Below, one piece after another: positions 38,831 to 51,699 of a stretch of DNA of 64,000 nucleotides. The stretch lies in the NCBI RefSeq assembly GCF_006345805.1, contig NC_042997.1, forward strand, positions 85,250,001-85,314,000. The letters are read 5' to 3'. The position numbers and the translations under genes are program-made. Under the pieces are notes generated by a model, which saw nothing but the letters and a program-made list of their open reading frames with translations, ran no database searches and was not told where the DNA came from. Source of the DNA: Octopus sinensis (lineage: Eukaryota). Numbering within the stretch: position 1 is the first letter of the stretch; every line of letters starts with the position of its first letter.

Positions 38831-40115
38831 ATTACTTGTTTCAGTCATTTCAGCCATGCTGGGGTGCCATTACTTATTTTTTAAGGTTGGTACTTATTCT
38901 TTAAGTTTCTTTTGCCGAACTTCTACGTTATGGGAACGTAAACATACCAACATTGGCTGTCAAGTAGTGGTGGGGATGAGCACAAACTCAAAGACATACA
39001 CAGATATACAAACACAGACAGATACACACACACATACACACACACACACAGAAGAAGAAGACCAAGTTTTCGCTTGGTATAATTGCCAGTGTGTGCTGGG
39101 GTATTGTCATGCTGTAGAAATGTGTGTCTTCGATTGACCAACGCCGGATAGCGGGCTTTCAAAGTATCATATACTCGCTGCACTATATGATGCTTTGAAA
39201 GTTGTTAGCCTTCTGGGGCAAGCTCAAAGTGCAACACTCCTCGAAATTTCACCAAACACACAACATGATCTTCTGTCCACGCTGCCATTGTTTAACAACA
39301 AATTCTGGAACCTGACTGGAACGAGGTAGCTGATTTCTCTTGTTAGGATCACGAAAATAGATCCGTTTTTCATCCCCAGTTACAATTCAATACTAAAAGT
39401 GGGCATCTCGAAGATTTTCCAGTGGTTGTTTGAAAATATTCCTACGTGGTTGTGCCTGGTCATTGGTCACGAGCAGCTTCTCGACAACATCTGTTCACAT
39501 GACCGGGCTTATAGAGGTATTGATAGAAGGTGTTTTGTGAAGGACAAAGTTTTGCCGACAATGTACAAGTACGTGTACTTGGCTGTAGTTCAACTATTTC
39601 AAATGAGACTCCATCTTCCACAACAGAAGGTTTCCCTGAACTTGGTTTGTCTTCAAGGCCGGTGTCACCTGTCAACTTCCTTGAAACATCTGAACCAGTT
39701 TTGTGCCACACATTCGTTGACAGTTCCAAGACCTTCCACATCGTTAATTTATTTTCAAACTGCCCTTGTACTAAGTCTTTTTTTTTTCCACAGATAGCAT
39801 AAAATTACTCCAGTTGCAATTTTTCCTCCACTTATAAAATATATTCAGTTCATATTCAGCAACGATTGGATATAAATTAACGTTATATCATGGAGATACA
39901 AGTTGCCAAAAATCATTAGTGAAAATGCGAAAAATCTTTTGGTTTAACCTGGTATATACGACGGGCTTTCTTCAATTTCTGTCTATCAAACTCACTCGCA
40001 AGGTTTTGGTAAGACCGAAGCTATAATAGAAGACCTTAGGTGCCACGCAGTGGAACAGAACTCGGAAACGTGTTGGTTGGGATGCAAACTTCTTAGCACA
40101 CAGCCACGCCTACGC
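38830..40115 (-). mobile_element. Family-B SINE split by a mariner insertion in its internal microsatellite
   Basis: 3' half at 38830-39040, 5' half at 39955-40115. Confidence 0.7.
39045..39952 (-). mobile_element. 3'-truncated mariner transposon relic
   Basis: TA-CCAGGTTAAACCAAAAAG terminus; peptides WHKTGSDVSRKLTGDTGLEDKPSSGKPS and LKARYPALVNRRHTFLQHDNTPAH; ends before the third catalytic Asp. Confidence 0.8.
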
Positions 40116-40776
40116 CTCTAAAGTCACGTACACACATGCATACATTCAAGCTATCAAAATCCATCCATTATTTGACTACAATGATGAGCGACGATCTCTT
40201 TCTCAATAAGTTTGACCTTAATCACATAATCATTAATCATTAACCAAAAGTTTCTAACAGGAAGAATTTGCAGCTTACAATTTATACTGTAAATCTGAAG
40301 CTTACGGCGTGGGAAATCGAACCTTTTCCACTTGTCCCTCTAGCTAACACCATACATGCTCATACTACCCACATACCATATGGGAGACACGATCATGGGA
40401 AACCATAATTGGCAGGGAAGTTGTTGAGGAAAATGAAGTGGAATTGTTCAGTTATTTCAATATTTAAAAGAAACGGCAATTTGCAAGTACCTCATCCATC
40501 ATACTACGATGCGTATGTACGTACGTATGTATGAATGTATGTATGTATGTATGTATGTATGTATGTATGTATGTATGTATGTATGTATGTATGTGGATGG
40601 GTAGGTAGGTATGTATGCATATATGTATACATGCATCTATGAGTGCCTGTGTGTATATAGATATATGTCATACAAGAACAAACGCAAACATACATTCATG
40701 CATATCTATCTATACACATACATATATGTATATATAGATAGATAGATATGTATGTATGTGTGTATATATATATACC

Positions 40777-40818
<42 letters not shown>

Positions 40819-40973
40819 TACACACATACACACATATACATACATACACACATACACACATACATATACATACATTTACACATATATATATATATATATA
40901 CATAAGTATATACACTCACATATACACACACACGCAGGCACGCACACGCACGCACACACACACACACACACAC

Positions 40974-41007
<34 letters not shown>

Positions 41008-41613
41008 AACAAATGCAATATCTTTGTATAGATGTGTGTAAATATGTAGGCATATGTTCGCTTCAGTGTGCGTATGTGCGTATATGTGTGCGCGCTTAAA
41101 TGTGTGAGTAAATGTGTAATTTGATAAATAAAGAACACAGATTAACGAGCTGAAATGACACCAGTTGACCTTTGAACTCAGAAATGTCAATGAATGTTAC
41201 AGATTCGAGGAAGACCTGCCAGAAGCGAAAATGCAGATAAGAGAAGAAAAAAGAATGGGCGCAGCTGTTATTTACTGCGTTCCGCGCTATATCAATATTT
41301 GCGCAAGAATATGCTTCATTCATATCTATGTATGAGACTCGCTCTAACAATCCACCCTTCTTCACACGCACACGCAGACACATACACATACGTATACACG
41401 CACATATGCATGTGGGAGCTTACTTACACACTTGTTGATGAGTACAGTCGTCTTTAATATGCGACTATGTGCTCGACGACGAAATTTAAAGCATGAGTCT
41501 CTCATTTTTGCTATCAGAGACGTGTTTGTTTACCTACCACTCTCTGTCTCGGTCTCTCTGTCTCTCTCCCTCTCTCTCTTTCTCTCTGTCTCTCTTTCTC
41601 AGTCTCTTTCTCA

Positions 41614-41685
<72 letters not shown>

Positions 41686-41751
41686 ATATCTATCTATCTA
41701 TATATCTATCTATCTCTCTCTCTATCTATCTATCTATCTATCTATCTATCA

Positions 41752-41837
<86 letters not shown>

Positions 41838-41985
41838 GTATTTGTCTATCAATGTATATCTGCCTATGTGTTCTTCTATCTAATTATGTGTCTTGCTGTC
41901 TATGTATTTATCTGTCAACAAATCTACGTATACCTCTCTGTCTCTGTCTGTCTCTCTTTCTCTGCACACACACACACACACACAC

Positions 41986-42043
<58 letters not shown>

Positions 42044-42074
42044 ATATATATACACATACACACACAAATTCGGT

Positions 42075-42960
42075 GTGTATTGCGTTAAACAAACGACATA
42101 ACTATACTGAACGTAAAAGCAAACGGGAGCCAAACAGAAAGTCCATAATTCTTCATCAGTTATCGACCAATGGTACACTTCAGTTTCGCACCTTTGACGA
42201 TAAGACGGAAATCTTCCCAACTGGTGGTGCCCGCAAAAAAAGTTTTCATGCGTAGAATTTGGGACAAGAGCAAACAAAACGAAATAAAACAATCAAAACG
42301 ACCAGAGTGTGATTTAGGCGAGAGAATTTGCTACTGGTTGGCTCAGGGACCTGTCTAAGAAAGGAAGAAAAAGAGCGTAAATTCTCTCATCCTGTCACTT
42401 CTGTTTTAGCCTTTCCACTTACTCTTTTTCTCTCTCTCCCTCTTCTATTCCTAGCCTTTCTTACTCTTGTATTCGTAGCCTTTTTCCTCCCCCTTCATCC
42501 ACTTCCTCATTCTTTTCTCTGTCACTCCTCTCCCTGCTGCTGTCTCGTGACCAGCGGCTAGTTCCTCTTTTCCTTCCTTTCTTAGACTGGTCCATTAGCT
42601 GACCAGTCACAAATTCTGTCTCTCCGTTCTCCATTGTTCAAAACATTTTGTAAGCGTTATCCACTATTCTCGTCTTCTTGGCACCAAGGCCGTATTTTGT
42701 TCAACTGTTTGTCCTCATCCACCACCCTAAATCATACTCTGTGTCATCTTGCTTGTTTTGCTTCGTCTTGTTTGCTCTTGTTCATAATTCTACGCAATAA
42801 GCCTTTTTTGCGGGCACCGCTATTTGGGAAGCATTCAGTTAAAGGTGCGAAATTGAAGAGTACCATTGGTCGATAACTGATGAAGAATTATGGACTTTCT
42901 GTTTGTCTCCCGTTTGTTTTTATATTCAGTAGACATTATGACGTTTGTTTATACATTTTT
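42075..42960. mobile_element. Inverted pair of PLE-type termini (family D) around a pyrimidine-rich spacer
   Basis: 42085-42320 is a diverged reverse complement of 42735-42955; both carry AAAGGTGCGAAA..GGTCGATAACTGATGAAGAATTATGGACTTTC. Confidence 0.6.
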
Positions 42961-42993
42961 CATTTATATATATATATACAACAAATCTACATC

Positions 42994-43051
<58 letters not shown>

Positions 43052-43076
43052 TATATATATATATAAATATATATAT

Positions 43077-43134
<58 letters not shown>

Positions 43135-43139
43135 GTATA

Positions 43140-44100
43140 TGTAAAAAAATACAAACTGGGACAAGAACGCAAAACATTTAGAAGACGATACAAAAAACAC
43201 GGACGGGACATTCGAAGCCTTCAATCTTCAGTCAAGAACTGGATCACCCTCGCAATTTCGGCTGATTAATCTTGAGATCGCTCCGATCCGGCCAGCCCCA
43301 AGGAAAAGCTAAGCTACGAGCATTAGATTTCTTGGAAAAAGGATTGAATGTATACGAAACAGGGACAGAAAAACGGACGATGCCACACGAATATAAATAC
43401 AAAAAGCAATAATAGTAATAACAGGACAAAAACAGCGGGTGTCTTACGACGATAGACAGTACAACTTAGTTTAGCTGGCGTATTTTGGAAAAAAATGCCT
43501 TTATCGGCAGACGAAGAAAACGATGTTCTCGCGGCAGTGGTCGGAAGCCAAAAGGCTGGTTGACCAGTGGTCACGTGAGAGGAGAAGAGAGAGAAAAAGA
43601 AGGGAGCAAAGGAACCAAAGAGAGAGAGAAAAAGTGGGACAAAGGCACCAAAGAGGAGAGAAGAGAGAGAAAGAAGGAATTAAAGAGGGGAAAAGAAAGA
43701 GAGCGTGCCAAGGATTGACTTGGCGACAGAATCAGTGAGGTGCAAAGTGAGAAAGACAGAGAAATGTGAGAGAGTGGGGGAAGAGGAGACCAAAGAATCA
43801 GAGGCAAGAAAAGAGAAAAGGAGGAGGAGAAAAGAGAGAGAGAGAGAGAAAGAGACAGATCAAAATGGAGTGCAAAGTGTGAAAGGCAGAGAAATGTAGG
43901 CGAGGGGGGGAGAGAGAGACAGTGTTATAGAGTCGTACCAAATTTTAAGAAATATGTACTTACTTAAGAAAGGGTACGGGCGTCGCTATATATAAATATA
44001 TGTATATGTAAAAAAATACAAACTGGGACAAGAACGCAAAACATTTAGAAGACGATACAAAAAAACAATCATCAGTCAAGAGCCGGATCATCCTCGCAAA
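43140..44100 (-). mobile_element. Family-C PLE-type 3' region with purine-rich (plus-strand) extension and a second short copy at 44005-44100
   Basis: Homologous to 19951-20285; 43141-43200 is repeated at 44008-44066. Confidence 0.55.
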
Positions 44101-44774
44101 TGAATTCCCTACCTACCAAACTATGGAATGACATTGAAGACATGAAATTTACATTGTTCGTAAGACAATTGACTGATAAACTATGGATCGAAACCGAAGC
44201 CATAACTCATTACATATTACACATACAACATATATAGGGTCCTCTCTTCTCAAATATGTCCATTATCAGCTGCAAATTCGTCATCATCATCCTTAAATTC
44301 GTTAGCGCCAGTCTTGATTACAATGTCGCCAATCTCGATCCATCATCGTCAGCCTAAATATTCTCACTATAGAATGGTGCGAATTTTATTTTCTGAATAG
44401 TCATTGACGTTAGTGATTATTTTTCACGGAGTTATAAAAGAAAGTAAACATTTAAAAGTTTTATATAGGATTACAAGTTTTGCATAATAAAAATTGTCGT
44501 GCCTTACTTTAATGTTAATATAAATACATTTAGTAAATCAGATGAAAACTACTTACTATAAAGAGACTTCAACTTGTCACAGAATTGTAAAAGAATGTAA
44601 ACATTAAAATGTTTTGTAAATGATTACATGTTTTGAATAAAATCAATTGTCGCACCTTACATTACGATAAATATAAATACATTTAGTAAAACTACAAACT
44701 GTACTATACAACACAACAAAGACAAAAATAAATAACTTCAACTTAAACTGTTATTCATTATTTTCATTACTTAA

Positions 44775-45185
44775 GGCGGCGTGATGGCAGAATCGTTAGC
44801 ACGCCGAGCAAAAGGCTTAGAGGCATTTCATCCGTCTTTACTTTCTGAGTTCAAATTCCACCGAGGTCACCTTTGCCTTTCAGAGTCGATAAAATAAGTA
44901 CCAGTCACGTACTGGGGTCGGTGTAACCGACTAGCCCCCTCTCAGCAAAATTTCATACCCTGTGCCTATAACTAAGGATAACAAAGCTGGCAAAATCTTT
45001 AACATGTCGGGCAAAATGCTTAGCGACATTTATTCCGTCTCTACGTTTTGAGTTCAAATTCCGCCAAGGACTTTGCCTTTCATCCTTCCGGGGTCGATAA
45101 AATAAGTACCAGTTAACTATAGGCTCGATGTAATCGACTTAGTCCTCCCTCTAAATTACTGGTCTTGTGCCAAAGTTTGAAGCTA
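44775..45185 (+). mobile_element. Two adjacent family-A SINEs
   Basis: GGCGGCGTGATGGCAGAATCGTTAGCACGCC head, GAGTTCAAATTCC B-box-like motif. Confidence 0.85.
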
Positions 45186-45799
45186 TTATTTCCATTCCTT
45201 AAAAAATCCAACGCAGCCATCTTCAGCAAATATCGTCATCCATTTATCGATAAAGTAAATATTTACATAAATATTTCTATACCGATCGGAAAACAAGGAC
45301 TGTTGCAATAAGTTCTCCCAGTATACCAGTGAAATCTACCCCAGTGCTTCAGATAAGTACTAGGAGCGATTTGATTGACTAAACACTTCAAGGTTGTTCC
45401 CTAGCACTACTGATGCGAGTAAGAATAAAAGAATGCACACACAAACAAACACACACACACACACACACATTCACGCGCTCGCACGCACGAACAGACACAC
45501 GGTTACTCATTCTCTCTCTCATACATATAAACACACGCAGCCTCCCTCCCTGTATCTCTATCATTCTCTCTCTCACTCACACACACACACACACAAACAT
45601 TCACAAAAACATTCACAAAAGCTTAATCTTGAAATAGATAAAAATTGAATTACTACATGCGATTAACTGTAGCTTTCTTTTTAAAATGTGAATGACTCTG
45701 AAAACAGAAATATAACAAGTACAACATGAATGCTACCGAATTAACAAAATGTCGATACATGTCAGAAGAGAAAATAAAGACATAAATACTATACGCAAA

Positions 45800-46720
45800 A
45801 CTTAGTGAAATGGCGGAGGACATTTAATACAAAGAAATCCGGGAAAACCAACTACTTCTATTGAATCAAAAGTTACCGAAGGTTGACCATAGTTTTTGTG
45901 AGTTATATATTTCATGCATACATAGGTCTGAAAATTAGAATTTTCATATTAAACACCCGAAGTTATATTTAATTTGCAATAACAAACTGTCCCTTCCGTG
46001 ACACAGATTTATGCCAACGGGTTAATGTTGTGTATAGAATACAATGTAACAAATGCAACAAGTTCTATGTGGGTGGCACAACAAGACCGTTACCTGTCCG
46101 CATCAAAGAATATCTGAACATGAGAGCCTCCTCTTTCAGAAAACATCTAGACAGATATTGGAACACAGACAAAGGCATAACAGTCACAACTGAGGCCAAT
46201 GAAAGAAATTTGGGTAATTTCAAGAATTAAGGAAGCTATACTCATACACAGACTAGGGCCCCCAATTACCAACAGGCTGGAGGTTGGTAATCAATATATT
46301 ATTTAGATACATCTGGATGCATGTAGGTTCATTTTTGATAAGATGCTCATCTGTAGTTTATAACATAAAAAAGAAGAGAAAAGAAAAAAAGGTAAAAAAA
46401 GAAAGCTGCATGTATAATACGTATCTTCGAAGCAGCGCTGCGGATGTACCAGCACACACGAGATTGAGACATAGCCGACCTCACACACTTCTCATGAGGA
46501 ATTCCAGAAGGAGCATCGTGAGACCACTGCTGAGACACTTGCAAGAAATAAAAAAGAAAAGCCATTAGAATACCGATTATCGCAGCGACTCCATCTAAGA
46601 ATATCTGAAGAAGGAATATAATACCGAAATATCATATCAGACTATGGATAACTAAATTACAACAGGTATATAGTCCATTATCTGTATTATAGTGCATTGT
46701 TGTACCATTCAAAACTTTTT
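45800..46720 (+). mobile_element. 5'-truncated Penelope-like element: GIY-YIG remnant and 3' terminus
   Basis: NCPFRDTDLCQRVNVVYRIQCNKCNKFYVGGTTRPLPVRIKEYL. Confidence 0.75.
46591..46647 (+). ncRNA. Type-I hammerhead-like motif, proximal stem I weak
   Basis: CTGAAGA-A-GG..CC-GAAA-TAT(C)ATA-T-C; AUC triplet; distal CCAT/ATGG pairing. Confidence 0.5.
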
Positions 46721-47123
46721 ATTCTTTAATTTGCAATATATTTTTATTTGGAACATAAGTCTGAAAATTCTTTCTTCTAGTTATTGAACGATTGGATCAG
46801 TTATTAGGTAAGTATATCTCTACGTTGTGTATATTTGAATCGAATTGTACTTGGACATAATAATTTTAATTTTTAAAACAAATGTTCAAAACTTTTGGTC
46901 ACTTTTTTCTTGGATTTTCTAAGATAAGGAATTATCATCAGTCATTTATAAATAGATTCAGACTGAAATGCTTATCTTAGTTATAATTACAAACATTCGT
47001 TCGTTGTAACTGTCAGCCTTCTTCAGGTGCCTGTCGTATTCCGTAATAGTCGAGCACTGGGGTCGATGTAATCAATCGTCCCTTTCCACAAAATTTCAAG
47101 TCACATACACATATACACATATA

Positions 47124-47262
47124 CGAGGGGCTTGTAAAAAGTTTCTGGCTTGGGTAAAAGGAAATACAGGAGGATCAGTTAATTATGATTTTATTCTTTC
47201 TAAGCCCTGTGAACGAACTCGGAACGTTAGGCTTCCAACCAGGCCTTTCGCGTACCCTTAAA
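47124..47262. mobile_element. Terminal fragment of a second mariner-type element
   Basis: TA-CGAGGGGCTTGTAAAAAGTTTCTGGCTT mariner-like TIR. Confidence 0.5.
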
Positions 47263-49122
47263 ATTAGGAAATTTTCAGTACTCTTTCGTGTGTATGTGTG
47301 CATATGTGCGTGTGTATGTGAGTGTCTGCTCGCGCGCGCGCATGCATTCATGGCTGTATGATGTAAAAATATATCACTGAGAACATGAAATTCGAATAAC
47401 TAGATATGAAGTTTCAACTGCCATAAAAAATACTCAATCTTTAGCAAAAATTTATGTTTTGAACTATACCTACACACACAAACACACTCACACACACACA
47501 AACACACACACACAGAGTCAACACTCACGCACACATACACACAAACATGTATTTATCTATTATATATGATCGTTTTTATCTCAGATATATTTTTCAATAA
47601 TTGTGTACTTAAATATACACATATTTGTCTATATTCTATACTTTTTAACCATATACGTACGATGTATACGTTTAGCCATAATTTGTTTTGTTTTTTTTTA
47701 GATACATATATAATTGGAGATAGATGTTGCATTCTAGTGGCTGGTTGCTTGGCCGAGAATCTTCCACCATAACTTCATGTTGACACCGATTTCTCTACGT
47801 AGGAATTTTAATAGACTAAAGTTTTGCCGAAGTCGCGGAATAACCGTCTGAAGATCTGCAACGAAAAATTCGGAATAACGTATGAAGCTTCAATCTCTTA
47901 GAAATGATAAAAAATAATGCTTTGATATATATATATATATATATATATTGATATACCTATATATATTTACATACATAGAGACATATACACACACATCTAT
48001 GTCTATATATGTCTCTCTGTGTGTCTATGTCTCTATGTATGTAAATATATATAGGTATATCAATATATATGTGTGCATATATATACATATATACATTTAT
48101 ATGAAGTCCTTTGTACATATGTGTCCACACGTGCGTGTATGTGTGTGTACATATGTGTATGCGTGCATGCATGTACACACGCACGTGCGTCTGTATTTTT
48201 ATATTTGTGTGCGTTCCTTGATTGCCCTTCTTCAGTTCTACTCAAGGCGAAACACATTCTAGTTTGCTCGAGGCTAGAAGTGAAATTCGTCGTCTTGAAA
48301 CCATCCACATTAGCCATAGAAATAGAAAGAAATATATATAACATACATTAGATAGCATAGTCCTCACTCGATAAACTACGCCTGGAAATTAAGAAAAAAA
48401 AGAAAGAAAGAAAGAAAAAGAGGTCATATTCACAGCTGGAACACCTTCTATTATAGAATTCGTTGTATCGAGGTTGACCTGGGGCTAAAATAATAGAAAA
48501 ATATATATACAAAAAAGAACGTTAACAATAATAAAAATAGTAGCAATAGAAAATTATATTCTCTCTGGAGATAACAAATGGGTATTTTGGGATTTTTTTA
48601 ATGTTTATTTGCGTATTTATTTCCTTACCTTTCCCCCTAAATCTGATGAATCAATGCTGAAACTGTGGTAAATGGTGAGAAACAAAATTTCGATAGAAAA
48701 ACATCAACTCTGACATTTAAAGGTCTTGTTTTTATTTATTTATTTATTTAAGTATTTGTTTGTTTATTATATTACATTTTATTTTATATTTAAATATACA
48801 ATAAAGAAAGAAAACTAAAAAAAATAATAAAACAGGCAGGACAAATGAAATATGTATGGGTGTGAAGGTAGAGAACACTACCCCACACGTATGACTATGT
48901 GTGTGTGTTGTGTGTGTGTGTGTGTGTATAAACACAGACATACATGTGTACGACGCACATTCACGCAGAGAGATACACACACGAACATACAGACATATAC
49001 ATACGTACATACATATGCATGCACGCACATACACACATACACACATTCAAAGATGAATATACCGTTGTAATATGCTTTAGTATATATTTGTGTTCGAGTC
49101 TATTGGGTTTGTGTGTGTGTGT

Positions 49123-49184
<62 letters not shown>

Positions 49185-49243
49185 CGTCGTACTACAAACT
49201 AGCCAAGTAAATAAATCATTCAAGAGGAGCGATAAATAAACCG

Positions 49244-49402
49244 AAGAAGAAGAAGAAGAAGAAGAAGAAGAAGAAGAAGAAGAAGAAGAAGAAGAAGAAG
49301 AAGAAGAAGAAGAAGAAGAAGAAGAAGAAGAGAAGAAGAAGAAGAAGAAGAAGAAGAAGAAGAAGAAGAGAAGAAGAAGAAGCAGAAGAAGAAGAAGAAG
49401 AA
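49244..49402. repeat. (GAA)n array, about 50 units with interruptions
   Basis: Direct reading. Confidence 0.95.
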
Positions 49403-49638
49403 GGTAACAAAATAACAATGATTGCGATTGGAAAACAATTGTATGAGAGCGAGAATTTTACTGTGTGTAAATACTCAGGGTACGCAGTAGGTATCTATAA
49501 GGCAAATAGCAATAAGACTGTGTGGTAAGAAGTCTACCTCCCAGCCACATGGTTATGGGTTCGCCCCATTCCGTGGCACCTTGGGCATCCGGACAGACCA
49601 AAGCCTTGCGAGTGGATTTGGTAGATAGAAACTAAAAG

Positions 49639-50050
49639 GCGTCGAGCTGGCAGAAACGTTAGCACGCCGGGCGAAATGCTTAGCGGTATTTCGTCTGCCG
49701 TTACGTTCTGAGTTCAAATTCCGCCGACGTCGATTTTGCCTTTCATCCTTTCGGGGTCGATTAAATAAGTACTAGTTACGCACTGGGGCCGATATAATCG
49801 ACTTAATCCATTTATCTGTCCTTGTTTGTCCCCTCTATGTGTAGTCCCTTGTGGGCAGTAAGGAAATAAGTATTTCGTCTGCCGTAACGTTCTGAGTTCA
49901 AATTCCGCCTAGGTCGACTTTGCCTTTCAACCCATCGGTGTCGAAAATTAAGTACCAGTTACGCATTGGGGATCGATATAATCGGTTTAATCCCTTTGTC
50001 CTTGTTTGTCCACTCAATGTTTAGCTCCTTGTGGGCAATAAAGAAATAAG
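49639..50050 (+). mobile_element. Long-tailed family-A SINE dimer inserted into a family-B SINE head
   Basis: Flanked by the 12-bp direct repeat AGAAACTAAAAG (49627-49638 and 50049-50060); host SINE-B head starts at about 49510. Confidence 0.85.
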
Positions 50051-50289
50051 AAACTAAAAGAAGCTCATGTGGGTGTGCACATGTGTGTGTGTGTGTGTGT
50101 TTGTGTGAGTGTGTGTTTGTGCGTGTGAGTGTATAAACATCGTACTGCAAACTACCCAAGTACATAATTCATTCAATAAGAGCGATAAATATAACCTACA
50201 AAATACATATAGTTGTGACATATTTCAACTGCTAAAGGCATATTCACTGCCGTTACCGTGGTGGAAGATTCTCCCTTATCGTAAAAGAA

Positions 50290-50535
50290 AAACGTGTAAA
50301 AACATCATATCTATCCAGTAGGAAATACACTAGCTGTACATTAGCTCACTTTCTCCACTCAAATAGGCATTGCCTGAAGAAGTGCACGGTGCACCACGTA
50401 TCAGGTGTCGAATCGATCGCAAAGTAAGGTGAGGGAAAGTGATTTACTAAAAAACACAACGCACAACTCGGGCTAGGTACTGAAACCATGATCTGACGAT
50501 CGTGAGTGCGTCACTCTAACCACTAGACCATTCGC
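50290..50535 (-). mobile_element. Third SINE family, tRNA-like head, decayed; related fragments near 9900-10000 and 30000-30230
   Basis: Reverse complement ..TGGTCTAGTGGTTAGAGTGACGCACTCACGATCGTCAGATCATGGTTTCAGTACC (A-box and B-box-like). Confidence 0.55.
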
Positions 50536-50629
50536 CTGAAACAAGTAAAAGATAAACGCCGATAAACACACACACACACACACACACAACACACACACAC
50601 ACAACACACACACACACACATGCACTTCG

Positions 50630-50728
50630 TGGCACCTTGGTAAGCATCTTCTACTATAGCCTCGAGCCGACCAAAAGCTTGTGAGTGGATTTGGTATACG
50701 GAAACTGAAAGAAGCTCGTCGTATATAT

Positions 50729-50822
<94 letters not shown>

Positions 50823-51099
50823 ATATATTTAAATATTTAAAAATTGAGGGAGATAAATTAATATTAATTTTAATATCAATTTAAACCAGTAGTCCAGCAT
50901 TCAAAAAATCTGAGGAGTAGAGAAAATTCAAATATATGTGTATATTGGCAGGGCTGGCCTGCTAGGTAGCCGGCCAGAATGCTAGAAATAGATCATAAAC
51001 GATCAAACTACAAGGGAAATTCTAATTTCCCTTGTAGTTTGATCGTTTATGATCTATTTCTAGCATTCTGGCCGGCTACCTAGCAGGCCAGCCCTGCCA

Positions 51100-51149
<50 letters not shown>

Positions 51150-51365
51150 TATATATATATGTTTGAGTGTCTGTGTTTGTCCACACAACATCGCTTCACA
51201 ACCGATGCTGGTGTGTTTACGCCCCCGTAACTTAGCGGTTCGGCAAGAGTGACCGATAGAATAAGTACTAGGCTTACAAAGAATAAGTCCTGGGGTCGAT
51301 TTGCTCGACTAAAGGTGATGCTCCAGCATGGCCGTGGTCAAATGACTGAAAAAAATAAAAGAATA
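50630..51365 (+). mobile_element. Family-B SINE carrying a foreign insertion in its internal (TA)n
   Basis: 5' part at 50630-50720, 3' part at 51165-51365. Confidence 0.8.
50939..51106. repeat. Perfect palindrome, 83-bp arms with a 2-nt spacer
   Basis: 50939-51021 is the exact reverse complement of 51024-51106. Confidence 0.95.
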
Positions 51366-51699
51366 AAAGAATATAGATAGATACATACATACATAGATTT
51401 TTATGTATATGCGTATTCATGTGTGTGTGTGTGTGTGTGTGTGTAGATAGTACTGTAGCTATATAAATATAAGAATATATATATACATGTGCGTATGTGT
51501 GTGATACGTCTTCAATTGCGTACACTGGTTATTATTCATCTGTGTGGATATTCGCGTGACGTCACTGAATATTTTAATCACCGTTTTTCGTCAGAGTATG
51601 TGGCTGGCTGAGAGTATGCAGCAATGAAAAGGCTCGAAAAGGCTGAAATGTATCTGTCTATGCATCCATGTAATGTTATATATATATTTTCTCCAGGCA

